Of a stretch of DNA of 64,000 bases, positions 36,901-50,840 are shown one piece after another. A model generated the notes under the pieces. The model had not been told where the DNA came from and did not search any database. It saw only the letters and a list, made by a program, of their open reading frames with translations. The stretch is from Eledone cirrhosa (Eukaryota): positions 92,690,001 through 92,754,000 of the forward strand of contig OZ024743.1 of the NCBI GenBank assembly GCA_964016885.1, in the 5' to 3' direction. Positions within the stretch are counted from its first letter, which is position 1; the number at the start of each line of letters is the position of its first letter. A program made the translations under genes and the position numbers.

Positions 36901-37646
36901 TTAATTTTTTTTTTTTCATTAATATCTTTACAGAGCTATTTATTTTTTTAGTTCGGTGACCGCTTAGGAAACCGAGCTGCTGTATACATTTCCATTTTTC
37001 TTTCTTTTAGTTTCTTTCTTTTGCAAGCTTCTCTCGCCAATGTCTGTTAGTTTCAAAATAATTAGGCACGCAAACTTTTCCCTTTCTTTCAACCCTACCC
37101 TTCGCATACACACCACTGCAAACGTCTTAAAAGCTACCGACTGTAAAAACAGAGTTTCTTGATAATTTCAGATATTTCAAACTTTTATTCCGTTCGCCTT
37201 CCGAAGTAGTGAGCCTGCTATATACTCTAGAAAATATTTATTGAACAGAGATTTGGCTGCTTTTTCTAGCAGGTAAAATTAGCACATTTCTTTAGAGCCG
37301 TTCGAATCGAACATTATCCACATCTGTAATAATTAATTCGGAATGGGTATCGTAGCTAGTTATTTGGCCAAGTTATATAAACAAAAAGACAACATAAGTT
37401 TTAAAGACAGCAATATCGACAGCTATGCGACACTCTCGTAGTTAATAACGTGTGTTAATTTAAAAGTTAGATGAGATTTATGTAAAATTTTATTAAGCAA
37501 CCTAAATTGCTTGAAAATACTGTGTTATACGGTTGAAAGTAAGAAAAATGTTTAATAGAAAATTAAAATATAAAAATTATCGTAAAAGAAAGGTGTTTAG
37601 TGAGTTGTTTTATACAATAAAACTATTAAATTCAGCATAAGCTTTC

Positions 37647-37766
37647 GTTTACGGCCATATCACGCTGACAACACTGGTTCTCTTACGATCACCGAAGTTA
37701 AGCAACGTCGAGCCTAGTTAGTACTTGGATGGTTGACCGCCTGGGAACCCTATGTGCCGTAAGCGT
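37647..37766 (+). rRNA. 5S rRNA, class B (copy 37, variant D)
   Basis: As copy 29. Confidence 0.87.
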
Positions 37767-38524
37767 TTAATTTTTTTTTCATTAATATCTTTACAGAGCT
37801 ATCTATTTTTTTAGTTCGGTGACCGCTTAGGAAACCGAGCTGCTGTATACATTTCCATTTTTCTTTCTTTTAGTTTCTTTCTTTTGCAAGCTTCTTTCTT
37901 TTGCAAGCTTCTCTCGCCAATGTCTGTTAGTTTCAAAATAATTAGGCACGCAAACTTTTTCCTTTCTTTCAACCCTACCCTTCGCATACACACCACTGTA
38001 AACGTCTTAAAAGCTACCGACTGCAAAAACAGAGTTTCTTGATAATTTCAGATATTTCAAACTTTTATTTCTTTCGCCTTCCGAAGTAGTGAGCCTGCTA
38101 TATACTCTAGAAAATATTTATTGAACAGAGATTTGGCTGCTTTTTCTAGCAGGTAAAATTAGCACATTTCTTTAGAGCCGTTCGAATCGAACACTATCGA
38201 CATCTGTAATAATTAATTCGGAATGGGTATCGTAGCTAGTTATTTGGCCAAGTTATATAAACAAAAAGACAACATAAGTTTTAAAGACAGCAATATCGAC
38301 AGCTATGCGACACTCTCGTAGTTAATAACGTGTGTTAATTTAAAAGTTAGATGAGATTTATGTAAAATTTTATTAAGCAACCTAAGTTGCTTGAAAATAC
38401 TGTGTTATACGGTTGAAAGTAAGAAAAATGTTTAATAGAAAATTAAATATAAAATTATCGTAAAAGAAAGGTGTTTAGTGAGTTGTTTTATACAATAAAA
38501 CTATTAAATTCAGCATAAGCTTTC

Positions 38525-38644
38525 GTTTACGGCCATATCACGCTGAAAACACCGGTTCTCGTCCGATCACCGAAGTTAAGCAACGTCGAGCCTAGTTAGT
38601 ACCTGGATGGGTGACCGCCTGGGAACCCTAGGTGCCGTAAGCGT
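38525..38644 (+). rRNA. 5S rRNA, class B (copy 38, variant K)
   Basis: A23/C79 haplotype. Confidence 0.95.
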
Positions 38645-39397
38645 TTAATTTTTTTTTTTTTTTTTTTCATGAATATCTTTACAGAGCTATTTATTTTCTT
38701 AGTTCGGTGACCGCTTAGGAAACCGAGCTATTGTATACATTTCCATTTTTTTTTCTTTTAGTTTCTTTCTTTTGCAAGCTTCTCTCGCCAATGTCTGTTA
38801 GTTTCAAAATAATTAGGCACGCAAACTTTTTCCTTTCTTTCAACCCTACCCTTCGCATACACACCACTGCAAACGTCTTAAAAGCTACCGACTGCAAAAA
38901 CAGAGTCTCTTGATAATTTCAGATATTTCAAACTTTTATTTCGTTCGCCTTCCGAAGTAGTGAGCCTGCTATATACTCTAGAAAATATTTATTGAACAGA
39001 GATTTGGCTGCTTTTTCTAGCAGGTAAAATTAGCACATTTCTTTAGAGCCGTTCGAATCGAACATTATCCACATCTGTAATAATTAATTTGGAATGGGTA
39101 TCGTAGCTAGTTATTTGGCCAAGTTATATAAACAAAAAGACAACATAAGTTTTAAAGACAGCAATATCGACAGCTATGCGACACTCTCGTAGTTAATAAC
39201 GTGTGTTAATTTAAAAGTTAGATGAGATTTATGTAAAATTTTATTAAGCAACCTAAATTGCTTGAAAATACTGTGTTATACGGTTGAAAGTAAGAAAAAT
39301 GTTTAATAGAAAATTAAAATATAAAAATTATCGTAAAAGAAAGGTGTTTAGTGAGTTGTTTTATACAATAAAACTATTAAATTCAGCGTAAGCTTTC

Positions 39398-39517
39398 GTT
39401 TACGGCCATATCACGCTGAAAACACCGGTTCTCTTCCGATAACCGAAGTTAAGCAACGTCGAGCCTAGTTAGTACCTGGATGGGTGACAGCCTGGGAACC
39501 CTAGGTGCCGTAAGCGT
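39398..39517 (+). rRNA. 5S rRNA, class B (copy 39, variant I)
   Basis: As copy 34. Confidence 0.87.
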
Positions 39518-40266
39518 TTAATTTTTTTTTTTTTTTTTTTCATGAATATCTTTACAGAGCTATTTATTTTCTTAGTTCGGTGACCGCTTAGGAAACCGAG
39601 CTGCTGTATACATTTCCATTTTTCTTTCTTTTAGTTTCTTTCTTTTGCAAGCTTCTCTCGCCAATGTCTGTTAGTTTCAAAATAATTAGGCACGCAAACT
39701 TTTTCCTTTCTTTCAACCCTACCCTTCGCATACACACCACTGCAAACGTCTTAAAAGCTACCGACTGCAAAAACAGAGTTTCTTGATAATTTCAGATATT
39801 TCAAACTTTTATTCCGTTCGCCTTCCGAAGTAGTGAGCCTGCTATATACTCTAGAAAATATTTATTGAACGGAGATTTGCATCTTTTTCTAGCAGGTAAA
39901 ATTAGCACATTTCTTTAGAGCCGTTCGAATCGAACATAACCACATCTGTAATAATTAATTCGGAATGGGTATCGTAGCTAGTTATTTGGCCAAGTTATAC
40001 AAACAAAAAGACAACATAAGTTTTAAAGACAGCAATATCGACAGCTATGCGACACTCTCGTAGTTAATAACGTGTGTTAATTTAAAAGTTAGATGAGATT
40101 TATGTAAAATTTTATTAAGCAACCTAAGTTGCTTGAAAATACTGTGTTATACGGTTGAAAGTAAGAAAAATCTTTAATAGAAAATTAAATATAAAATTAT
40201 CGTAAAAGAAAGGTGTTTAGTGAGTTGTTTTATACAATAAAACTATTAAATTCAGCATAAGCTTTC

Positions 40267-40386
40267 GTTTACGGCCATATCACGCTGAAAACACCGGTTC
40301 TCGTCCGATCACCGAAGTTAAGCAACGTCGAGCCTAGTTAGTACCTGGATGGGTGACCGCCTGGGAACCCTAGGTGCCGTAAGCGT
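40267..40386 (+). rRNA. 5S rRNA, class B (copy 40)
   Basis: A23/C79 haplotype. Confidence 0.95.
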
Positions 40387-41140
40387 TTAATTTTTTTTTT
40401 TTTTTTTTTACATGAATATCTTTACAGAGCTATTTATTTTCTTAGTTCGGTGACCGCTTAGGAAACCGAGCTGTTGTATACATTTCCATTTTTCTTTCTT
40501 TTAGTTTCTTTCTTTTGCAAGCTTCTCTCGCCAATGTCTGTTAGTTTCAAAATAATTTGGCACGCAAACTTTTCCCTTTCTTTCAACCCTACCCTTCGCA
40601 TACACACCACTGCAAACGTCTTAAAAGCTACCGACTGCAAAAACAGAGTTTCTTGATAATTTCAGATATTTCAAACTTTTATTCCGTTCGCCTTCCGAAG
40701 TAGTGAGCCTGCTATATACTCTAGAAAATATTTATTGAACAGAGATTTGGCTGCTTTTTCTAGCAGGTAAAATTAGCACATTTCTTTAGAGCCGTGCGAA
40801 TCGAACATTATCCACATCTGTAATAATTAATTCGGAATGGGTATCGTAGCTAGTTATTTGGCCAAGTTATATAAACAAAAAGACAACATAAGTTTTAAAG
40901 ACAGCAATATCGACAGCTATGCGACACTCTCGTAGTTAATAACGTGTGTTAATTTAAAAGTTAGATGAGATTTATGTAAAATTTTATTAAGCAACCTAAA
41001 TTGCTTGAAAATACTGTGTTATACGGTTGAAAGTAAGAAAAATATTTAATAGAAAATTAAAATATAAAAATTATCGTAAAAGAAAGGTGTTTAGTGAGTT
41101 GTTTTATACAATAAAACTATTAAATTCAGCATAAGCTTTC

Positions 41141-41260
41141 GTTTACGGCCATATCACGCTGAAAACACCGGTTCTCGTCCGATCACCGAAGTTAAGCAAA
41201 GTCGAGCCTAGTTAGTACCTGGATGGGTGACCGCCTGGGAACCCTAGGTGCCGTAAGCGT
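41141..41260 (+). rRNA. 5S rRNA, class B (copy 41, variant M)
   Basis: C60A, T79C. Confidence 0.91.
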
Positions 41261-42011
41261 TTAATTTTTTTTTTTTTTTTTCATGAATATCTTTACAGAG
41301 CTATTTATTTTTTTAGTTCGGTGACCGCTTAGGAAACCGAGCTGCTGTATACATTTCCATTTTTCTTTCTTTTAGTTTCTTTCTTTTGCAAGCTTCTCTC
41401 GCCAATGTCTGTTAGTTTCAAAATAATTAGGCACGCAAACTTTTTCCTTTCTTTCAACCCTACCCTTCGCATACACACCACTGCAAACGTCTTAAAAGCT
41501 ACCGACTGCAAAAACAGAGTTTCTTGATAATTTCAGATATTTCAAACTTTTATTCCGTTCGCCTTCCGAAGTAGTGAGCCTGCTATATACTCTAGAAAAT
41601 ATTTATTGAACAGAGATTTGGCTGCTTTTTCTAGCAGGTAAAATTAGCACATTTCTTTAGAGCCGTTCGAATCGAAGATGATGGACATGTGTAATAATTA
41701 ATTCGGAATGGGTATCGTAGCTAGTTATTTGGCCAAGTTATATAAACAAAAAGACAACATAAGTTTTAAAGACAGCAATATCGACAGCTATGCGACACTC
41801 TCGTAGTTAATAACGTGTGTTAATTTAAAAGTTAGATGAGATTTATGTAAAATTTTATTAAGCAACCTAAATTGCTTGAAAATACTGTGTTATACGGTTG
41901 AAAGTAAGAAAAATGTTTAATAGAAAATTAAAATATAAAAATTATCGTAAAAGAGAGGTGTTTAGTGAGTTGTTTTATACAATAAAACTATTAAATTCAG
42001 CATAAGCTTTC

Positions 42012-42131
42012 GTTTACGGCCATGTCACGCTGACAAAACCGGTTCTCTTCCGATCATCGAAGTTAAGCAACGTCGAGCCTAGTTAGTACTTGGATGGGTG
42101 ACCGCCTGGGAACCCTAGGTGCCGTAAGCGT
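42012..42131 (+). rRNA. 5S rRNA, class B (copy 42, variant N)
   Basis: A13G, C26A, G37T, C46T. Confidence 0.88.
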
Positions 42132-42864
42132 TTAATTTTTTTTTTTTTCATTAATATCTTTACAGAGCTTTTTATTCTTTTAGTTCGGTGACCGCTTAGG
42201 AAACCGAGCTGCTGTATACATTTCCATTTTTCTTTCTTTTGCAAGCTTCTCTCGCCAATGTCTGTTAGTTTCAAAATAATTAGGCACGCAAACTTTTCCC
42301 TTTCTTTCAACCCTACCCTTCGCATACACACCACTGCAAACGTCTTAAAAGCTACCGACTGCAAAAACAGAGTTTCTTGATAATTTCAGATATTTCAAAC
42401 TTTTATTCCGTTCGCCTTCCGAAGTAGTGAGCCTGCTATATACTCTAGAAAATATTTATTGAACAGAGATTTGGCTGCTTTTTCTAGCAGGTAAAATTAG
42501 CACATTTCTTTAGAGCCGTTCGAATCGAACATTATCCACATCTGTAATAATTAATTCGGAATGGGTATCGTAGCTAGTTATTTGGCCAAGTTATATAAAC
42601 AAAAAGACAACATAAGTTTTAAAGACAGCAATATCGACAGCTATGCGACACTCTCGTAGTTAATAACGTGTGTTAATTTAAAAGTTAGATGAGATTTATG
42701 TAAAATTTTATTAAGCAACCTAAATTGCTTGAAAATACTGTGTTATACGGTTGAAAGTAAGAAAAATATTTAATAGAAAATTAAAATATAAAAATTATCG
42801 TAAAAGAAAGGTGTTTAGTGAGTTGTTTTATACAATAAAACTATTAAATTCAGCATAAGCTTTC

Positions 42865-42984
42865 GTTTACGGCCATATCACGCTGAAAACACCGGTTCTC
42901 GTCCGATCACCGAAGTTAAGCAAAGTCGAGCCTAGTTAGTACCTGGATGGGTGACCGCCTGGGAACCCTAGGTGCCGTAAGCGT
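42865..42984 (+). rRNA. 5S rRNA, class B (copy 43, variant M)
   Basis: C60A, T79C. Confidence 0.91.
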
Positions 42985-43735
42985 TTAATTTTTTTTTTTT
43001 TTTTTCATGAATATCTTTACAGAGCTATTTATTTTTTTAGTTCGGTGACCGCTTAGGAAACCGAGCTGCTGTATACATTTCCATTTTTCTTTCTTTTAGT
43101 TTCTTTCTTTTGCAAGCTTCTCTCGCCAATGTCTGTTAGTTTCAAAATAATTAGGCACGCAAACTTTTTCCTTTCTTTCAACCCTACCCTTCGCATACAC
43201 ACCACTGCAAACGTCTTAAAAGCTACCGACTGCAAAAACAGAGTTTCTTGATAATTTCAGATATTTCAAACTTTTATTCCGTTCGCCTTCCGAAGTAGTG
43301 AGCCTGCTATATACTCTAGAAAATATTTATTGAACAGAGATTTGGCTGCTTTTTCTAGCAGGTAAAATTAGCACATTTCTTTAGAGCCGTTCGAATCGAA
43401 GATGATGGACATGTGTAATAATTAATTCGGAATGGGTATCGTAGCTAGTTATTTGGCCAAGTTATATAAACAAAAAGACAACATAAGTTTTAAAGACAGC
43501 AATATCGACAGCTATGCGACACTCTCGTAGTTAATAACGTGTGTTAATTTAAAAGTTAGATGAGATTTATGTAAAATTTTATTAAGCAACCTAAATTGCT
43601 TGAAAATACTGTGTTATACGGTTGAAAGTAAGAAAAATGTTTAATAGAAAATTAAAATATAAAAATTATCGTAAAAGAGAGGTGTTTAGTGAGTTGTTTT
43701 ATACAATAAAACTATTAAATTCAGCATAAGCTTTC

Positions 43736-43855
43736 GTTTACGGCCATGTCACGCTGACAACACCGGTTCTCGTCCGATCACCGAAGTTAAGCAACGTCGA
43801 GCCTAGTTAGTACTTGGATGGGTGACCGCCTGGGAACCCTAGGTGCCGTAAGCGT
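43736..43855 (+). rRNA. 5S rRNA, class B (copy 44)
   Basis: A13G only; looks recombinant (variant N 5' end, consensus remainder). Confidence 0.93.
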
Positions 43856-44601
43856 TTAATTTTTTTTTTTTCATTAATATCTTTACAGAGCTATTTATTT
43901 TTTTAGTTCGGTGACCGCTTAGGAAACCGAGCTGCTGTATACATTTCCATTTTTCTTTCTTTTAGTTTCTTTCTTTTGCAAGCTTCTCTCGCCAATGTCT
44001 GTTAGTTTCAAAATAATTAGGCACGCAAACTTTTCCCTTTCTTTCAACCCTACCCTTCGCATACACACCACTGCAAACGTCTTAAAAGCTACCGACTGTA
44101 AAAACAGAGTTTCTTGATAATTTCAGATATTTCAAACTTTTATTCCGTTCGCCTTCCGAAGTAGTGAGCCTGCTATATACTCTAGAAAATATTTATTGAA
44201 CAGAGATTTGGCTGCTTTTTCTAGCAGGTAAAATTAGCACATTTCTTTAGAGCCGTTCGAATCGAACATTATCCACATCTGTAATAATTAATTCGGAATG
44301 GGTATCGTAGCTAGTTATTTGGCCAAGTTATATAAACAAAAAGACAACATAAGTTTTAAAGACAGCAATATCGACAGCTATGCGACACTCTCGTAGTTAA
44401 TAACGTGTGTTAATTTAAAAGTTAGATGAGATTTATGTAAAATTTTATTAAGCAACCTAAATTGCTTGAAAATACTGTGTTATACGGTTGAAAGTAAGAA
44501 AAATGTTTAATAGAAAATTAAAATATAAAAATTATCGTAAAAGAAAGGTGTTTAGTGAGTTGTTTTATACAATAAAACTATTAAATTCAGCATAAGCTTT
44601 C

Positions 44602-44721
44602 GTTTACGGCCATATCACGCTGACAACACTGGTTCTCTTACGATCACCGAAGTTAAGCAACGTCGAGCCTAGTTAGTACTTGGATGGTTGACCGCCTGGG
44701 AACCCTATGTGCCGTAAGCGT
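44602..44721 (+). rRNA. 5S rRNA, class B (copy 45, variant D)
   Basis: As copy 29. Confidence 0.87.
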
Positions 44722-45479
44722 TTAATTTTTTTTTCATTAATATCTTTACAGAGCTATCTATTTTTTTAGTTCGGTGACCGCTTAGGAAACCGAGCTGCTG
44801 TATACATTTCCATTTTTCTTTCTTTTAGTTTCTTTCTTTTGCAAGCTTCTTTCTTTTGCAAGCTTCTCTCGCCAATGTCTGTTAGTTTCAAAATAATTAG
44901 GCACGCAAACTTTTTCCTTTCTTTCAACCCTACCCTTCGCATACACACCACTGTAAACGTCTTAAAAGCTACCGACTGCAAAAACAGAGTTTCTTGATAA
45001 TTTCAGATATTTCAAACTTTTATTTCTTTCGCCTTCCGAAGTAGTGAGCCTGCTATATACTCTAGAAAATATTTATTGAACAGAGATTTGGCTGCTTTTT
45101 CTAGCAGGTAAAATTAGCACATTTCTTTAGAGCCGTTCGAATCGAACACTATCGACATCTGTAATAATTAATTCGGAATGGGTATCGTAGCTAGTTATTT
45201 GGCCAAGTTATATAAACAAAAAGACAACATAAGTTTTAAAGACAGCAATATCGACAGCTATGCGACACTCTCGTAGTTAATAACGTGTGTTAATTTAAAA
45301 GTTAGATGAGATTTATGTAAAATTTTATTAAGCAACCTAAGTTGCTTGAAAATACTGTGTTATACGGTTGAAAGTAAGAAAAATGTTTAATAGAAAATTA
45401 AATATAAAATTATCGTAAAAGAAAGGTGTTTAGTGAGTTGTTTTATACAATAAAACTATTAAATTCAGCATAAGCTTTC

Positions 45480-45599
45480 GTTTACGGCCATATCACGCTG
45501 AAAACACCGGTTCTCGTCCGATCACCGAAGTTAAGCAACGTCGAGCCTAGTTAGTACCTGGATGGGTGACCGCCTGGGAACCCTAGGTGCCGTAAGCGT
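45480..45599 (+). rRNA. 5S rRNA, class B (copy 46, variant K)
   Basis: A23/C79 haplotype. Confidence 0.95.
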
Positions 45600-46350
45600 T
45601 TAATTTTTTTTTTTTTTTTTTTCATGAATATCTTTACAGAGCTATTTATTTTCTTAGTTCGGTGACCGCTTAGGAAACCGAGCTATTGTATACATTTCCA
45701 TTTTTTTTTCTTTTAGTTTCTTTCTTTTGCAAGCTTCTCTCGCCAATGTCTGTTAGTTTCAAAATAATTAGGCACGCAAACTTTTTCCTTTCTTTCAACC
45801 CTACCCTTCGCATACACACCACTGCAAACGTCTTAAAAGCTACCGACTGCAAAAACAGAGTCTCTTGATAATTTCAGATATTTCAAACTTTTATTTCGTT
45901 CGCCTTCCGAAGTAGTGAGCCTGCTATATACTCTAGAAAATATTTATTGAACAGAGATTTGGCTGCTTTTTCTAGCAGGTAAAATTAGCACATTTCTTTA
46001 GAGCCGTTCGAATCGAACATTATCGACATCTGTAATAATTAATTCGGAATGGGTATCGTAGCTAGTTATTTGGCCAAGTTATATAAACAAAAAGACAACA
46101 TAAGTTTTAAAGACAGCAATATCGACAGCTATGCGACACTCTCGTAGTTAATAACGTGTGTTAATTTAAAAGTTAGATGAGATTTATGTAAAATTTTATT
46201 AAGCAACCTAAATTGCTTGAAAATACTGTGTTATACGGTTGAAAGTAAGAAAAATGTTTAATAGAAAATTAAATATAAAATTATCGTAAAAGAAAGGTGT
46301 TTAGTGAGTTGTTTTATACAATAAAACTATTAAATTCAGCATAAGCTTTC

Positions 46351-46470
46351 GTTTACGGCCATATCACGCTGAAAACACCGGTTCTCGTCCGATCACCGAA
46401 GTTAAGCAAAGTCGAGCCTAGTTAGTACCTGCATGGGTGACCGCCTGGGAACCCTAGGTGACGTAAGCGT
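46351..46470 (+). rRNA. 5S rRNA, class B (copy 47, variant E)
   Basis: As copy 30. Confidence 0.87.
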
Positions 46471-47223
46471 TTAATTTTTTTTTTTTTTTTTTTCATGAAT
46501 ATCTTTACAGAGCTATTTATTTTCTTAGTTCGGTGACCGCTTAGGAAACCGAGCTGCTGTATACATTTCCATTTTTCTTTCTTTTAGTTTCTTTCTTTTG
46601 CAAGCTTCTCTCGCCAATGTCTGTTAGTTTCAAAATAATTAGGCACGCAAACTTTTTCCTTTCTTTCAACCCTACCCTTCGCATACACACCACTGCAAAC
46701 GTCTTAAAAGCTACCGACTGCAAAAACAGAGTTTCTTGATAATTTCAGATATTTCAAACTTTTATTCCGTTCGCCTTCCGAAGTAGTGCGCCTGCTATAT
46801 ACTCTAGAAAATATTTATTGAACAGAGATTTGGCTGCTTTTTCTAGCAGGTAAAATTAGCACATTTCTTTAGAGCCGTTCGAATCGAACATTATCCACAT
46901 CTGTAATAATTAATTCGGAATGGGTATCGTAGCTAGTTATTTGGCCAAATTATATAAACAAAAAGACAACATAAGTTTTAAAGACAGCAATATCGACAGC
47001 TATGCGACACTCTCGTAGTTAATAACGTGTGTTAATTTAAAAGTTAGATGAGATTTATGTAAAATTTTATTAAGCAACCTAAATTGCTTGAAAATACTGT
47101 GTTATACGGTTGAAAGTAAGAAAAATGTTTAATAGAAAATTTAAATATAAAAATTATCGTAAAAGAAAGGTGTTTAGTGAGTTGTTTTATACAATAAAAC
47201 TATTAAATTCAGCATAAGCTTTC

Positions 47224-47343
47224 GTTTACGGCCATATGACGCTGACAACACCGGTTCTCGTCCGATCACCAAAGTTAAGCAACGTCGAGCCTAGTTAGTA
47301 CTTGGATGGGTGACTGCCTGGGAACCCTAGGTGCCGTAAGCGT
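47224..47343 (+). rRNA. 5S rRNA, class B (copy 48, variant F)
   Basis: As copy 31. Confidence 0.88.
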
Positions 47344-48097
47344 TTAATTTTTTTTTTTTTTTTTTTTCATTAATATCTTTACAGAGCTATTTATTTTTTT
47401 AGTTCGGTGACCGCTTAGGAAACCGAGCTGCTGTATACATTTCCATTTTTCTTTCTTTTAGTTTCTTTCTTTTGCAAGCTTCTCTCGCCAATGTCTGTTA
47501 GTTTCAAAATAATTAGGCACGCAAACTTTTTCCTTTCTTTCAACCCTACCCTTCGCATACACACCACTGCAAACGTCTTAAAAGCTACCGACTGCAAAAA
47601 CAGAGTTTCTTGATAATTTCAGATATTTCAAACTTTTATTCCGTTCGCCTTCCGAAGTAGTGAGCCTGCTATATACTCTAGAAAATATTTATTGAACAGA
47701 GATTTGGCTGCTTTTTCTAGCAGGTAAAATTAGCACATTTCTTTAGAGCCGTTCGAATCGAACATTATCCACATCTGTAATAATTTATTCGGAATGGGTA
47801 TCGTAGCTAGTTATTTGGCCAAGTTATATAAACAAAAAGACAACATAAGTTTTAAAGACAGCAATATCGACAGCTATGCGACACTCTCGTAGTTAATAAC
47901 GTGTGTTAATTTAAAAGTTAGATGAGATTTATGTAAAATTTTATTAAGCAACCTAAATTGCTTGAAAATACTATGTTATACGGTTGAAAGTAAGAAAAAT
48001 GTTTAATAGAAAATTAAAATATAAAAATTATCGTAAAAGAAAGGTGTTTAGTGAGTTGTTTTATACAATAAAACTATTAAGTTCAGCATAAGCTTTC

Positions 48098-48217
48098 GTT
48101 TACGGCCATATCACGCTGACAACACCGGTTCTCGTCCGATTACCGAAGTTAAGCAACGTCGAACCTAGTTAGTACTTGGATGGGTGACCGCCTGGGAACC
48201 CTAGGTGCCGTAAGCGT
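48098..48217 (+). rRNA. 5S rRNA, class B (copy 49, variant H)
   Basis: As copy 33. Confidence 0.91.
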
Positions 48218-48973
48218 TTAATTTTTTTTTTTTTTTTTTTTTCCATTAATATCTTTACAGAGCTATTTATTTTTTTAGTTCGGTGACCGCTTAGGAAACC
48301 GAGCTGCTGTATACATTTCCATTTTTCTTTCTTTTAGTTTCTTTCTTTTGCAAGCTTCTCTCGCCAATGTCTGTTAGTTTCAAAATAATTAGGCACGCAA
48401 ACTTTTTCATTTCTTTCAACCCTACCCTTCGCATACACACCACTGCAAACGTCTTAAAAGCTACCGACTGCAAAAACAGAGTTTCTTGATAATTTCAGAT
48501 ATTTCAAACTTTTATTCCGTTCGCCTTCCGAAGTAGTGAGCCTGCTATATACTCTAGAAAATATTTATTGAACAGAGATTTGGCTGCTTTTTCTAGCAGG
48601 TAAAATTAGCACATTTCTTTAGAGCCGTTCGAATCGAACATTATCCACATCTGTAATAATTAATTCGGAATGGGTATCGTAGCTAGTTATTTGGCCAAGT
48701 TATATAAACAAAAAGACAACATAAGTTTTAAAGACAGCAATATCGACAGCTATGCGACACTCTCGTAGTTAATAACGTGTGTTAATTTAAAAGTTAGGTG
48801 AGATTTATGTAAAATTTTATTAAGCAACCTAAATTGCTTGAAAATACTGTGTTATACGGTTGAAAGTAAGAAAAATGTTTAATAGAAAATTAAAATATAA
48901 AAATTATCGTAAAAGAAAGGTGTTTAGTGAGTTGTTTTATACAATAAAACTATTAAATTCAGCATAAGCTTTC

Positions 48974-49093
48974 GTTTACGGCCATATCACGCTGACAACA
49001 CCGGTTCTCGTCCGATCACCGAAGTTAAGCAACGTCGAGCCTAGTTAGTACTTGGATGGGTGACCGCCTGGGAACCCTAGGTGCCGTAAGCGT
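48974..49093 (+). rRNA. 5S rRNA, class B (copy 50, spacer variant Q)
   Basis: Consensus gene. Confidence 0.96.
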
Positions 49094-49848
49094 TTAATTT
49101 TTTTTTTTTTTTTTTTTCATTAATATCTTTACAGAGCTATTTATTTTTTTCAGTTCGGTGACCGCTTAGGAAACCGAGCTGCTGTATACATTTCCATTTT
49201 TCTTTCTTTTAGTTTCTTTCTTTTGCAAGCTTCTCTCGCAAATGTCTGTTAGTTTCAAAATAATTAGGCACGCAAACTTTTTCCTTTCTTTCAACCCTAC
49301 CCTTCGCATACACACCACTGCAAACGTCTTAAAAGCTACCGACTGCAAAAACAGAGTTTCTTGATAATTTCAGATATTTCAAACTTTTATTCCGTTCGCC
49401 TTCCGAAGTAGTGAGCCTGCTATATACTCTAGAAAATATTTATTGAACTGAGATTTGGCTGCTTTTTCTAGCAGGTAAAATTAGCACATTACTTTAGAGC
49501 CGTTCGAATCGAACATTATCCACATCTGTAATAATTAATTCGGAATGGGTATCGTAGCTTGTTATTTGGCCAAGTTATATAAATAAAAAGACACCATAAG
49601 TTTTAAAGACAGCGATATCGACAGCTATGCGACACTCTCGTAGTTAATAACGTGTGTTAATTTAAAAGTTAGATGAGATTTATGTAAAATTTTATTAAGC
49701 AACCTAAATTGCTTGAAAATACTGTGTTATACGGTTGAAAGTAAGAAAAATGTTTAATAGAAAATTAAAATATAAAAATTATCGTAAAAGAAAGGTGTTT
49801 AGTGAGTTGTTTTATACAATAAAACTATTAAATTCAGCATAAGCTTTC

Positions 49849-49968
49849 GTTTACGGCCATATCACGCTGACAACACCGGTTCTCGTCCGATCACCGAAGT
49901 TAAGCAACGTCGAGCCTAGTTAGTACTTGGATGGGTGACCGCCTGGGAACCCTAGGTGCCGTAAGCGT
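49849..49968 (+). rRNA. 5S rRNA, class B (copy 51, spacer variant R)
   Basis: Consensus gene. Confidence 0.96.
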
Positions 49969-50720
49969 TTAATTTTTTTTTTTTTTTTTTCATTAATATC
50001 TTTACAGAGCTATTTATTTTTTTAGTTCGGTGACCGCTTAGGAAACCGAGCTGCTGTATACATTTCCATTTTTCTTTCTTTTAGTTTCTTTCTTTTGCAA
50101 GCTTCTCTCGCCAATGTCTGTTAGTTTCAAAATAATTAGGCACGCAAACTATTTCCTTTCTTTCAACCCTACCCTTCGCATACACACCACTGCAAACGTC
50201 TTAAAACCTACCGACTGCAAAAACAGAGTTTCTTGATAATTTCAGATATTTCAAACTTTTATTCCGTTCGCCTTCCGAAGTAGTAAGCCTGCTATATACT
50301 CTAGAAAATATTTATTGAACAGAGATTTGGCTGCTTTTTCTAGCAGGTAAAATTAGCACATTTCTTTAGAGCCGTTCGAATCGAACATTATCCACATCTG
50401 TAATAATTAATTCGGAATGGGTATCGTAGCTAGTTATTTGGCCAAGTTATATAAACAAAAAGACAACATAAGTTTTAAAGACAGCAATATCGACAGCTAT
50501 GCGACACTCTCGTAGTTAATAACGTGTGTTAATTTAAAAGTTAGGTGAGATTTATGTAAAATTTTATTAAGCAACCTAAATTGCTTGAAAATACTGTGTT
50601 ATACGGTTGAAAGTAAGAAAAATGTTTAATAGAAAATTAAAATATAAAAATTATCGTAAAAGAAAGGTGTTTAGTGAGTTGTTTTATACAATAAAACTAT
50701 TAAATTCAGCATAAGCTTTC

Positions 50721-50840
50721 GTTTACGGCCATATGACGCTGACAACACCGGTTCTCGTCCGATCACCAAAGTTAAGCAACGTCGAGCCTAGTTAGTACTT
50801 GGATGGGTGACTGCCTGGGAACCCTAGGTGCCGTAAGCGT
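50721..50840 (+). rRNA. 5S rRNA, class B (copy 52, variant F)
   Basis: As copy 31. Confidence 0.88.
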
